Shown piece by piece: positions 7,700 to 16,034 of a stretch of DNA of 52,458 bases. Origin of the DNA: a virus (taxonomy: Duplodnaviria > Caudoviricetes); the IMG/VR virus record IMGVR_UViG_3300027754_000128, positions 1-52,458 of that record; one strand, 5' to 3'. The notes below the pieces were generated by a model, which did not search any database, had not been told where the DNA came from, and saw only the letters and a program-made list of their open reading frames with translations. The number at the start of each line of letters is the position of its first letter. Position 1 is the stretch's first letter. The position numbers and the translations under genes are program-made.

Positions 7700-8280
7700 T
7701 CGGCGATAACGGCTTCAGTGTCGGCTACTGGTCGATGATGGCGGAACGCCTCGCGCGGTTCCATCAGCACCAGGCATCGCGTGGCATGTCGGAGTCGGCG
7801 CTCGCGCGCCTGCCGCGGCTGCCAAACTATGTACCGCCGCCGAAACTGCCGCCGATCGTGCTGGCGACACGCCAGAACTCCACGCGAGGCGGCGGTGCTG
7901 CGCCAATCGCGCCGCGCAAATACGACACCCATCGCGAGGAGCATCGCCGGCGGGTGCGACAGACGATGTCGTCTGAGCGTCTCGTTCTGGAACGGCAAAT
8001 CGTAGAAACGCTGATGGCGCTGTCCGGTATGAGCGAGGCCAAGTTGTGCAGCTCCACACGCGGCGGCGGCGAACCATCGAAGATTCGCGCGGTCGGCTAC
8101 GCGGCTGCGCGTCGGCGGGGTTTTAACACCGAGCAGGCCGCGCAGATCTGGAACAAGGAACGGTCGGTCGCGACCTATGCGGCGGCGAACCTGCCCGAGT
8201 GGCTCGCGGCATCCGCCGATCTGAGGCGCATCTCCGATGGCCTCGAGGCCGTTCTACCCCCAGTCAAGGAGCAAAAATGA
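7696..8280 (+). CDS. Protein with DnaA-C-terminal-like HTH
   Basis: R..GYAAARRRGFNTEQAAQIWNKERSVATYA resembles DnaA domain IV. Confidence 0.5.
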   Translation: MIGDNGFSVGYWSMMAERLARFHQHQASRGMSESALARLPRLPNYVPPPKLPPIVLATRQNSTRGGGAAPIAPRKYDTHREEHRRRVRQTMSSERLVLERQIVETLMALSGMSEAKLCSSTRGGGEPSKIRAVGYAAARRRGFNTEQAAQIWNKERSVATYAAANLPEWLAASADLRRISDGLEAVLPPVKEQK

Positions 8281-8573
8281 GCGACGTTAAAACGACCGGC
8301 GCGCTGTTCGTGAACGACAAGCAGGGCAACCCAAGCAGACCGGATTACCAGGGGAATTTCAAACTGACGCCCGAGTTCCTGGCGGCGATCACCGCCGCAC
8401 TGGGTGATGGCACTGAGGTCAAAATCCGACTCTCGGGCTGGAAGAAACAGGGCCAGCAGGGGCCGTACCTCAGTCTCAGCATTCAGCCGCCGTTCGTTGC
8501 CGATGGGCAGTCGCGTCCTGCCTCGGCGCCGGCCGCCAAGCGCGACGACCTCGACTCCGAAATTCCTTTTTGA
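8277..8573 (+). CDS. Phage single-stranded DNA-binding-like protein
   Basis: GALFVND...RPDYQG...SGWKK...YLSLS and acidic DDLDSEIPF tail. Confidence 0.65.
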   Translation: MSDVKTTGALFVNDKQGNPSRPDYQGNFKLTPEFLAAITAALGDGTEVKIRLSGWKKQGQQGPYLSLSIQPPFVADGQSRPASAPAAKRDDLDSEIPF

Positions 8574-8584
8574 GCGAGGCGAAC

Positions 8585-8845
8585 ATGAGCAACGCAACTG
8601 AAGGTGCCAGCTACTCGGAAATGCGTCGGCACAACGCGCGCTGTGTGGACATCATCAATGCGGCCTGGGGCTCGACCGTCGCGCGCGTCGAGGACGTGAT
8701 GGTCGTGCAGAGTTACCGCAACAAGCAGAACGAGCTGGTGCGCTACGAGGCGAAGGTGCCGTCGATCAAGTCGAAGATGGTCAACGGCCGCGTCGCTGGT
8801 CTGGCGTCGCCGCCGTTTTTCGCCGGCCCGGCGAGGGGCCTGTGA
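8585..8845 (+). CDS. Hypothetical protein
   Basis: GAGG RBS; phage-like codon usage. Confidence 0.6.
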   Translation: MSNATEGASYSEMRRHNARCVDIINAAWGSTVARVEDVMVVQSYRNKQNELVRYEAKVPSIKSKMVNGRVAGLASPPFFAGPARGL

Positions 8846-9021
8846 CTGCGCTCGCTCTCTACCGCCGCGACGACGAGGTCAAGGACTGGACCGATGTCGA
8901 GGTCGTCGGCCGGTATCCCAACGGCGACCTTCGCCTGCGCGAGATCGGCAAGTTCTATCCCGGCGTGTGGCGTGCGGCGCCGCATCAGATCGCCTTTCAT
9001 CAGACACCGGAGCCCAAATGA
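8842..9021 (+). CDS. Hypothetical protein (59 aa, not in the ORF track)
   Basis: GTGA and ATGA overlaps at both ends; MTALALYRRDDEVKDWTDVEVVGRYPNG... Confidence 0.55.
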   Translation: MTALALYRRDDEVKDWTDVEVVGRYPNGDLRLREIGKFYPGVWRAAPHQIAFHQTPEPK

Positions 9022-9272
9022 CCGACAGTCCTGACGCTTCCTCCCGCCACTGGCCCGCTCGCATGCGCCGTAAGCTCGCCAGCCAATACCTATTCGAGGT
9101 CCACGGCGTCTCGTTGAGCCCGCCGACTCTCGCCAGGTACGCCGTTGAAGGCCGCGGCCCCGCATACAGAAAAGACGGTCACTTCCCGGTCTATGACCGG
9201 CAGGATCTGGATGATTTCGCGGTTTCTCGCCTCGGACCTCTACGCGCGTCCAGCAGGGAGTTGTGCAAATGA
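9018..9272 (+). CDS. AlpA/Xis-like HTH DNA-binding protein
   Basis: ASQYL...SPPTLARYAVEGRGPAYRKDG..PVYDRQDLDDF. Confidence 0.75.
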   Translation: MTDSPDASSRHWPARMRRKLASQYLFEVHGVSLSPPTLARYAVEGRGPAYRKDGHFPVYDRQDLDDFAVSRLGPLRASSRELCK

Positions 9273-9931
9273 TCCGCGCACAGAACGAACGCGCCGTACC
9301 AGGCCACAACAAGACCAAATCCTTCACCGTCTCGGCTGAGACTTTGAAGGGATACGTCGATCGGCTTGAAAAGATGGACGAGGAAAAGAAAGCCGTCGCG
9401 GACGACATCAAGGACATCTACCAGGAATTGAAGGGCAACGGCTACGACGCAAAGGCCATCCGCACGATCGTGCGCGAGCGCAAGGTCGACGCAGCAGAGG
9501 CCGCAGAGCAGGAGGCGATCCTCGACACCTATCGCCACGCCCTTGGGATGGCCGTACAGGCGGTTCGTGACGGTTCAAGCCAGCGCAGTGCTGCCAAGGC
9601 GCATGGCGTCTCACGGTCATATCTGGGCCGTGTCGTGGGTGGCCCCTCCGCAGAAAATGTGGAGCAGGGGCCGGGTACGGAGATTCTGGAAACGACGGGA
9701 GCGGTTCCGTCGGGTGGCGACCAGGGGACGGCAGATGTAACGACTGCCCAGCCCTCGGTTGCCGCCAACTCATCGGCCTCGCAGGGCATGGTGATCGCCC
9801 GGACACCGAGGATGGCCGGCGCTGCAACGCCATCCATCCAGCCGACCGTCAGTGGCGAGGCTGGCGGCGGCACTCATCCAGACGACATCGATCTCACGAT
9901 CCCCGCGCACCTTCTGCGGAAGCTCGCGTAG
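9269..9931 (+). CDS. GapR/DUF2312-like protein fused to an HTH and a disordered tail
   Basis: LKGYVDRLEKMDEEKKAVADDIKDIYQELKGNGYDAKAIRTIV...EAILDTYRHALGM followed by SQRSAAKAHGVSRSYL. Confidence 0.85.
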   Translation: MIRAQNERAVPGHNKTKSFTVSAETLKGYVDRLEKMDEEKKAVADDIKDIYQELKGNGYDAKAIRTIVRERKVDAAEAAEQEAILDTYRHALGMAVQAVRDGSSQRSAAKAHGVSRSYLGRVVGGPSAENVEQGPGTEILETTGAVPSGGDQGTADVTTAQPSVAANSSASQGMVIARTPRMAGAATPSIQPTVSGEAGGGTHPDDIDLTIPAHLLRKLA

Positions 9932-11169
9932 TGCGTTATCTCAGCGTCTGCTCTGGCATCGAGGCCGCCTCGGCTGCCTGGCATCCGCTGGGATGGACGC
10001 CTGTGGCGTTCAGCGAGGTCGACAAGTTCCCGTCCGCCGTCCTCGCCCATCACTATCCCGATGTCCCGAATTGGGGCGACATGACCAAGTTCAAGGAATG
10101 GCCCGATGCAGATGTCGATGTTCTCGTCGGAGGCACCCCTTGCCAGTCCTTCAGCGTCGCAGGACTCCGAAAGGGCATGGACGATCCGCGTGGCAACCTG
10201 GCGCTTACCTATCTGGCGATTGCTGATCGATACAAGCCCACCTTCCTCTGCTGGGAAAACGTTCCCGGTGTCCTGTCATCGAACGGAGGACGGGACTTTG
10301 GTGCCATCCTCGGGGGCATGGTCGAACTCGGGTATGGCGTCGCCTACAGAGTGCTCGACGCACAGTTCTTTGGAGTTCCTCAGAGACGCCGTCGCGTCTT
10401 CGTTGTCGGACATCTTGGAGACTGGCGACGTGCCGCGGCGGTTCTTTTTGAGCAGCACAGCCTGCAAGGGCATCCTCCGCCGAGCCGCAAAGCGCGGCAA
10501 ACTGCTCCCACCATCCCTTCACGCCGCACTGCGGGCGGCGGCCTCAGGACCGACTTCGATTGCGACGGCGGCCTGATCCCTGAGCCCACGATCATGTCCT
10601 CCGGCCAGGCGAACGCGGAGATCCTCGAGGACGGCACGGGGCGCGGCACGCCGCTGATTCCCGTCGCCTTCTCGTCGAAGGACCACGGCGCCGACGCGGG
10701 CGACATCGCGCCCACCCTCCGCTCGATGGGCCACGACGGCAGCCATGCGAACGGCGGCGGACAGGTGGCCATCGCCTTCCAAGCCAATACGAACGGCGAC
10801 GACGGCATGGAGGTTGACGGCATTTCGGTGACGCTGAAGAGCGAAAGAATGCCTGCGGTAGCCTTCGATCTTCGCGGTCGGGAAGGCGGCGCACAATTCA
10901 AGGGGCCGCACGACACGGCGAACATTCGCGCGGCATCTGGTGGCTCGTCACGGTCCTATGTGGCTGCGATGCAGGTCCGCAGGCTGACGCCAATGGAGTG
11001 TGAGCGCCTCCAGGGATTCAGTGATGGGTACACTTTGGTCCCGTGGCGCCGCGGCATGTCGCCCGACGGACCTCGCTATAAAGCCCTTGGAAACAGCATG
11101 GCCGTACCCTGCATGCGCTGGCTGGGCGAACGCATCCAGATGGTTTCTGACCTGGAGGTAACGCCATGA
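9931..11169 (+). CDS. DNA cytosine-C5 methyltransferase
   Basis: SVCSGIEA (I), GGTPCQSFS (IV), WENVPG (VI), QRRRRVF (VIII), RRLTPMECERLQGF (IX), YKALGNS (X). Confidence 0.95.
   Translation: MRYLSVCSGIEAASAAWHPLGWTPVAFSEVDKFPSAVLAHHYPDVPNWGDMTKFKEWPDADVDVLVGGTPCQSFSVAGLRKGMDDPRGNLALTYLAIADRYKPTFLCWENVPGVLSSNGGRDFGAILGGMVELGYGVAYRVLDAQFFGVPQRRRRVFVVGHLGDWRRAAAVLFEQHSLQGHPPPSRKARQTAPTIPSRRTAGGGLRTDFDCDGGLIPEPTIMSSGQANAEILEDGTGRGTPLIPVAFSSKDHGADAGDIAPTLRSMGHDGSHANGGGQVAIAFQANTNGDDGMEVDGISVTLKSERMPAVAFDLRGREGGAQFKGPHDTANIRAASGGSSRSYVAAMQVRRLTPMECERLQGFSDGYTLVPWRRGMSPDGPRYKALGNSMAVPCMRWLGERIQMVSDLEVTP
10106..10576 (+). CDS. Nested alternative-frame ORF resembling the M.EcoHK31I beta polypeptide
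   Basis: AAGGA RBS; SLSDILE...FFLSSTACKGILRRAAKRGKLLP motif. Confidence 0.6.
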   Translation: MQMSMFSSEAPLASPSASQDSERAWTIRVATWRLPIWRLLIDTSPPSSAGKTFPVSCHRTEDGTLVPSSGAWSNSGMASPTECSTHSSLEFLRDAVASSLSDILETGDVPRRFFLSSTACKGILRRAAKRGKLLPPSLHAALRAAASGPTSIATAA

Positions 11170-11492
11170 CCCGCCAAGGTGCTGAGATGAGGCAGCAACT
11201 CGACCTTCTGACCTATCCCACATCCCCCGGCTTCAAGGCTGCCGGAACCTCGCAAGAGGCGGCAGAGGCGATGAAGCCGACTGCGGCGACGCTTAGGACG
11301 ATTTGCCTAACGATGATTCGCCGCTACTTCAACCTGACGGCGGACGAGTGCGCCGGTTTGATGAATGCGTCCATCCTCGCCGTGCGCCCGCGCATCACCG
11401 AGCTAAAGGAAATGGGCCTCATCGAGAAAACCGGCGAGCGCCGCAAGAACGCATCCGGCATGTCGGCGACTGTCTGGCGGGTGAAGGCGTGA
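11166..11492 (+). CDS. Winged-helix DNA-binding protein
   Basis: TSQEAA...LTADECA..M..SILAVRPRITEL..GLIEKTGERR. Confidence 0.75.
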   Translation: MTRQGAEMRQQLDLLTYPTSPGFKAAGTSQEAAEAMKPTAATLRTICLTMIRRYFNLTADECAGLMNASILAVRPRITELKEMGLIEKTGERRKNASGMSATVWRVKA

Positions 11493-11845
11493 AGCGGCCC
11501 GAGCAGCTCCTGCACAAGGCGGTGGCGCACTTCCTGCGGCTGTCGCTCAAGCCTCCGGTGGTGTGGTCGACGTTCCCGGCCGGCGGTGGCGGCAAGGTGC
11601 GCGGCGCCCAACTCAAGGCCATGGGCCTCCGCAAGGGCATGCCGGATCTGCTGGTGATCGCGCCGGGGCCGGTCCTTGTCGGCATCGAGCTGAAGTCGAA
11701 GGCCGGCAAGCAGACGCCCGAGCAGTTCCAGGTGGCGACTGACTTCAAAGACTGCGGCGCGTGGCTCGTCCTCTGTCGATCGGTCGAAGAGGTCGAGAAG
11801 GCCCTGCGCTTTTGCAAGATCCCGATGACCGCGAGGGTGACATGA
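11489..11845 (+). CDS. VRR-NUC domain nuclease
   Basis: GLRKGMPDL...IELKSKAGKQTPEQ...CRSVEEV. Confidence 0.85.
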   Translation: MKRPEQLLHKAVAHFLRLSLKPPVVWSTFPAGGGGKVRGAQLKAMGLRKGMPDLLVIAPGPVLVGIELKSKAGKQTPEQFQVATDFKDCGAWLVLCRSVEEVEKALRFCKIPMTARVT

Positions 11846-12192
11846 GCCAGCGAGACAAAATAGCCGAGACCTTGGAGCGTTATGCGTGCATCGACTCGCC
11901 AAGCAGTCGCCGGCTTCTGCAAACTGCCAAAAAGTACGGCCTCACTCTTTGGGAATGGGAGAACCTTGGCCACGCACAGGAATGGAAGTGTGCGGGTTGC
12001 GGCGAGCAGTTTCCTGATGACGATAACTTCAAAATCAAAACCGACCACTGCCACGCCACTGGAGTGGTGCGCGGCCTTCTGTGCCATCCCTGCAACGTGA
12101 CCTTGGGCTGGGTAAAGGACGATAGCCGCCGGCTGCGCCGCCTCGCGGGCTATCTGGATGCTTCTCAAACCAAGAAGGCCAGCAACACATGA
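11842..12192 (+). CDS. Endonuclease VII-family protein
   Basis: KYGLT...CAGC...DHCHATGVVRGLLCHPCNVTLG. Confidence 0.9.
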   Translation: MSQRDKIAETLERYACIDSPSSRRLLQTAKKYGLTLWEWENLGHAQEWKCAGCGEQFPDDDNFKIKTDHCHATGVVRGLLCHPCNVTLGWVKDDSRRLRRLAGYLDASQTKKASNT

Positions 12193-13070
12193 GCCGCCAC
12201 GATACATGGATGCCGCTCTACGTTGGCGACTATCTGGCCGACACGCTGCACCTGACCACGCGGCAGCACGGGGCTTATCTGCTGTTGCTCATGCACGCCT
12301 GGCGCAACGAGGGCTTCATTCCACACAACCCGGAAGAACTAGCCGCAGTCTCCAGAATGTCAGGCAAGGAATGGGCAAAGGACGGGGCTTGTATTCTGAG
12401 GTTCTTTGACGAAGACCCGAGCGGTGAAGGGGGATATTTCTGCCATCAGAGGGTGATGAAGGAGCTTGCCGTTGCCGAGGCGATGACACAGCAGCGCAGC
12501 AAAGCGGGCAAGGCGAGCGCAGCAAAGCGGGAACGGGAACGCCAACGGGATGGCAACGAGATTCCAACGGGCGATGGATTGCCGTTGCCGCCCCGTACCA
12601 AACCCTTACCTTCACCTTCACCTTCACCTGATTCAGAAGCTAAAGCTTCTGGCGCTGACGCGCCGCCTGTGGATATGACGAAGCTAGCCTTCGACGCTGG
12701 CGTTCGCGTTATGACCGCGTCGGGGATGACCGAGAGCAATGCGCGATCCTTGGTCGGGAAATGGCGGAAAGCCCACGGCGATGAGGCCGTGTTCAAGGTT
12801 CTGGGTGACTGCCAGCGTCAGAGCATCACAGAGCCCGCGTCGTGGATAGAAGCGGCTCTCAAAGCCGGTGCCAAGCCGACGCGCAAGCCTTGGGAGAAAG
12901 CCCCGATTGACGGGCTGCCGCCGTCCGAGGACTGGCCCGCTCGCATGCGAGGCTACAGGCCCGGCGTGATTTGGTGGAAGACGAACGATTGGGGGCCGGA
13001 ACCGGGGCAGCCTGGCTGCCGCGTACCGCCGTCAGTCCTCGCAGAGTGGCAGCAGCAGGTGGCGGCATGA
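12189..13070 (+). CDS. DUF1376/YdaU-family replication initiator
   Basis: WMPLYVGDYLADTLHLTTRQHGAYLLLLMHAW; PSPSPSP linker. Confidence 0.88.
   Translation: MSRHDTWMPLYVGDYLADTLHLTTRQHGAYLLLLMHAWRNEGFIPHNPEELAAVSRMSGKEWAKDGACILRFFDEDPSGEGGYFCHQRVMKELAVAEAMTQQRSKAGKASAAKRERERQRDGNEIPTGDGLPLPPRTKPLPSPSPSPDSEAKASGADAPPVDMTKLAFDAGVRVMTASGMTESNARSLVGKWRKAHGDEAVFKVLGDCQRQSITEPASWIEAALKAGAKPTRKPWEKAPIDGLPPSEDWPARMRGYRPGVIWWKTNDWGPEPGQPGCRVPPSVLAEWQQQVAA
12525..12651. other. Candidate replication origin inside the initiator gene
   Basis: Repeated AACG(G) units 12529-12571, (CCTTCA)3, perfect inverted repeat CAGAAGCT-AA-AGCTTCTG 12634-12651. Confidence 0.35.
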
Positions 13071-13297
13071 GCGAGATCATTCCGTTTCCCGAGATGCCGG
13101 GCTGGAAGCTGCTGGTCGAGGGCGACACCGGGGTCCGCGTCTACGTCCGCGCCAACGCGGAGCCGATCATCTCAGTGGTCAGCGCGAACCTGTGCAGCAT
13201 GCTTGGTCCCGAGGGCCACGAGTTGCTGACGCAGTACGGCGCGAAGGTTGTGACAGACGAGCCAGACTACAGCTTCTGGCTGGGCCGCGACGGGTGA
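13067..13297 (+). CDS. Hypothetical protein
   Basis: Coupled ORF. Confidence 0.6.
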   Translation: MSEIIPFPEMPGWKLLVEGDTGVRVYVRANAEPIISVVSANLCSMLGPEGHELLTQYGAKVVTDEPDYSFWLGRDG

Positions 13298-13488
13298 GCG
13301 ACGCGATCATCCGCCAGATCGGCGCCGACTGGACGGCCCAGCAGGGCGCCAAGATCCTCGAGCATCGCGGCGAGCGCGTGTTCATCGCGGCGAAGTGGGC
13401 GGTTGTCGACCAGGCGCGTGCGACGCTGCGGCCGGTGATCCTGACGGCCGAGCAGATCGCCGGCATCATGGCGAGGCTCAATGATTGA
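13294..13488 (+). CDS. Hypothetical protein
   Basis: GTGA-coupled ORF. Confidence 0.55.
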   Translation: MSDAIIRQIGADWTAQQGAKILEHRGERVFIAAKWAVVDQARATLRPVILTAEQIAGIMARLND

Positions 13489-13765
13489 ATGGCTGGGCGC
13501 ACAGCAGGACGACGCGCTCGATGGCGTGCTTGTACGCATGGTCGAGAACCACGCCGGCCTGCCGTGTCCTGCCATCAAGGAAATCCAGCTCTGGACCGGG
13601 ATGAGCCGGCGGCGCGTCTGGCGATACCTCTACGACATGGCAGCCCGCGGCCTGATCGAGATCGAGACGATCGAGGCCCGGACCAGTGGACGAGACCCCA
13701 AGCGGCGCCGGATGCGCGTGCCTGGCGGGGAATGGACGGCGTGGACCAACCGGAGCCACGGCTGA
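13481..13765 (+). CDS. LexA-N-like winged HTH protein
   Basis: CPAIKEIQLWTGMSRRRVWRYLYDMAARGLIE. Confidence 0.7.
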   Translation: MIEWLGAQQDDALDGVLVRMVENHAGLPCPAIKEIQLWTGMSRRRVWRYLYDMAARGLIEIETIEARTSGRDPKRRRMRVPGGEWTAWTNRSHG

Positions 13766-14019
13766 TGAGCGAGAAGATCGAGTTTCCCCGCTTCCTGGCC
13801 CTGCCGATCCGCCGCCGTCGCGAGGTCTGCCGGCTGGTGATGCTGATCTCCCAGCGGTCACTGGCCTCCGTCGAGGCGATGTGTCCAGACGATGACCTGT
13901 GTAGCGTCCGCGGCATGACCCGCGTATTCCTCCGCATGATCGAGCGCGGCGAGGCGTGTATATCGGTGGAGCGGGGCGGCAGCGTCTACCTGCGCCAGCC
14001 GGGGAGGACGATGCATTGA
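13765..14019 (+). CDS. Hypothetical protein
   Basis: TGATG-coupled ORF. Confidence 0.55.
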   Translation: MSEKIEFPRFLALPIRRRREVCRLVMLISQRSLASVEAMCPDDDLCSVRGMTRVFLRMIERGEACISVERGGSVYLRQPGRTMH

Positions 14020-14222
14020 GTGGCCCCTATTTAGAAAAACCGCGCGAGGGGCCACCCGAGGAGCCGACCGCATGGCCCGACCGCAAAGCCTACGACGCAT
14101 GGTGGTCGCGCAACGTGATCGCGCTCAACAGGACAGCGGTGAACGATCCAAGGGAGTACGCCAGGCTGCTCGACAAGATCGGCGGGCTGATCGAGGCGCT
14201 CAACAATCGGGTGGCAACATGA
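14016..14222 (+). CDS. Hypothetical protein
   Basis: TTGA-coupled ORF. Confidence 0.5.
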   Translation: MSGPYLEKPREGPPEEPTAWPDRKAYDAWWSRNVIALNRTAVNDPREYARLLDKIGGLIEALNNRVAT

Positions 14223-14398
14223 GGCCGATCGGCTGGTACTGGGTCAAGCGGGTGTTCGATGAGCCTTGGCAGCCCGCGCATTGGGCGCCGTGCAAGTCCT
14301 ACCCCGCCGATGGCTACCGCTGGAGGCTGGGAACCTACATCGAGATTCACCGTGGCAAGCTGTGGCGCGTAGGGCCGAGGATCAATGCACCGGCTTGA
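14219..14398 (+). CDS. Trp-rich hypothetical protein
   Basis: MRPIGWYWVKR...; ATGA overlap. Confidence 0.55.
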   Translation: MRPIGWYWVKRVFDEPWQPAHWAPCKSYPADGYRWRLGTYIEIHRGKLWRVGPRINAPA

Positions 14399-14612
14399 CC
14401 CGCCCATCCCGGTCGCCATCACGGCTAATAGTCTGCCGGCCGGCGTGACAGCCACCGACCGACGCGGCTGGTGCTACGCATGGGACCGATGCGGCATCGA
14501 CGGCCATCGCATCTGGGTTGTGGTGCTGGATGAGACAGGCGAAGTGGTCGACGTACCCCAGCCCGAGATCGTGGTCGATCCGAATTGGAGCTACGGTCGC
14601 CGTCTCAAGTAG
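14385..14612 (+). CDS. Hypothetical protein
   Basis: GAGG RBS; LDPPIPV...WVVVLDETGE...NWSYGRR. Confidence 0.65.
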   Translation: MHRLDPPIPVAITANSLPAGVTATDRRGWCYAWDRCGIDGHRIWVVVLDETGEVVDVPQPEIVVDPNWSYGRRLK

Positions 14613-14651
14613 ACGCCACCTGCACTCGATTTGAACGACCGGCCTCATAAT
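14608..14651 (+). promoter_or_regulatory. Putative late promoter 1 (upstream of terS)
   Basis: AGTAGACGCCAC-N26-CATAAT. Confidence 0.75.
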
Positions 14652-14680
14652 CGCGGGGAACTCAATCCCCGTGAGGACGT

Positions 14681-15172
14681 GTGGCGACCCTCAACCCTAA
14701 GCAAGCGCGATTCGTCGCGGAATATCTGATCGACAGCAACGCCACGCAGGCGGCGATCAGGGCTGGGTATAGCGCCAAGACCGCACAGCCAATCGGTTCG
14801 CGGCTGTTATCCAATGTTATGGTGGCCGCTGCCATCAAGGCGAAGCAGGGAACGATCCTTGACCGGCTTGGCATTTCGGCCGAGTCCGTCCTCGCTGAAG
14901 TGAAGGCGCTGGGCAAGGAAGCCCGCGAGATCGGCCAGCTTCCCGTGGCACTGCGCGCCCAGGAACTGCTGGGCAAGGCCTGCCGGCGCACCGAGGACGG
15001 CAACCCGTTCGCCGAGGCCATCGAAGTCAACACCACCGTGAAATCAGAGGACGAGCAGCCGGTGACGCTGCTGCAGCTCTCTCGCGAACTCGTCTTTGCC
15101 GTCCACCTCGGTCTGATCGAGGCGGCGAAGACCCCGACGTTGGAACCCTCCAACACTCCGCTCAAGCACTGA
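14681..15172 (+). CDS. terS: Terminase small subunit
   Basis: LNPKQARFVAEYLIDSNATQAAIRAGYSAKTA. Confidence 0.93.
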   Translation: MATLNPKQARFVAEYLIDSNATQAAIRAGYSAKTAQPIGSRLLSNVMVAAAIKAKQGTILDRLGISAESVLAEVKALGKEAREIGQLPVALRAQELLGKACRRTEDGNPFAEAIEVNTTVKSEDEQPVTLLQLSRELVFAVHLGLIEAAKTPTLEPSNTPLKH

Positions 15173-15215
15173 CATCAAGCAATGGCGCAAGCCATATAAT
15201 CAGGAGACTAAGACC

Positions 15216-16034
15216 ATGCGTATCCTTTCCTCGGTCGACGGCCGCAAGCTCGGCACAGGCCCCAACTACCCCAGCACCAGCCTCTCGCCGACCATCTCGA
15301 CCGGCGGCGTCATCGTCGGCGACCACGGCTCGCAGTTCGCGATGCCCGGCCCGAATCATGTCGTCCTGTTCGATGACTTCGTCGGCCTCGATGGCGTCGC
15401 GCCTGCCGCTTCCGCCTGGAAGTTCTTGGAAGGCACCGACAGCGCGACCTCCGCTGAAGTCGTGTCGCCGGCCAATGGCGGCGTGCTGCTGATGACCACG
15501 GGCGATGCTGGCACAGGTGTAGCCGCTGACGCTTGCGCGGCTGTGAACGGCCTGCATTGGTTCGCCAGCAATGGCGGATTGACCTTCCAGACGCGCATCA
15601 AGCTGTCGGCGATCACGACCTGCACGGCGTTCGTCGGCTTCACCGACTTGGCTGCCACCCTCGAGCAGTCGATCCTGTTCGCGACCGGCACCACGTTCAC
15701 GACCAACGCCAGCGATGCCTGCGGATTCCTGTTCGATACCGTGTCGACCGCCGACACCTGGTACCTGACGGGCGTCGCCGCTGACACCGACGCGACGATG
15801 CAGAACACCGGCCTCGCTCCGGTCGCCGACACCTACGAGACGTTCCGTATCGAACTCTCGACCACTGGCGCCGCCACGTTCTACCGGAACGGCGTTCAGG
15901 TTGGCACGACGATGGCTGGCGCTGTCACCGCCACCACGGCCCTGACGCCGATCGTCTACGTCTCGAAGCTGTCGGTGGCAGCCTCGATGACGGCGAGCGT
16001 GGACTACATCCACACGTCGATGCTGCGCGCTTAA
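15216..16034 (+). CDS. Beta-rich (lectin-like) probable virion/decoration protein
   Basis: AGGAG RBS, TATAAT at 15195, capsid-like codon bias, Thr/Ala-rich, LFDDF motif. Confidence 0.55.
   Translation: MRILSSVDGRKLGTGPNYPSTSLSPTISTGGVIVGDHGSQFAMPGPNHVVLFDDFVGLDGVAPAASAWKFLEGTDSATSAEVVSPANGGVLLMTTGDAGTGVAADACAAVNGLHWFASNGGLTFQTRIKLSAITTCTAFVGFTDLAATLEQSILFATGTTFTTNASDACGFLFDTVSTADTWYLTGVAADTDATMQNTGLAPVADTYETFRIELSTTGAATFYRNGVQVGTTMAGAVTATTALTPIVYVSKLSVAASMTASVDYIHTSMLRA

Noticed and set aside
9931-12192. Type II restriction-modification system (MTase plus nearby nucleases)
   Set aside because: VRR-NUC and EndoVII are common phage recombination/homing nucleases; the MTase looks like an orphan
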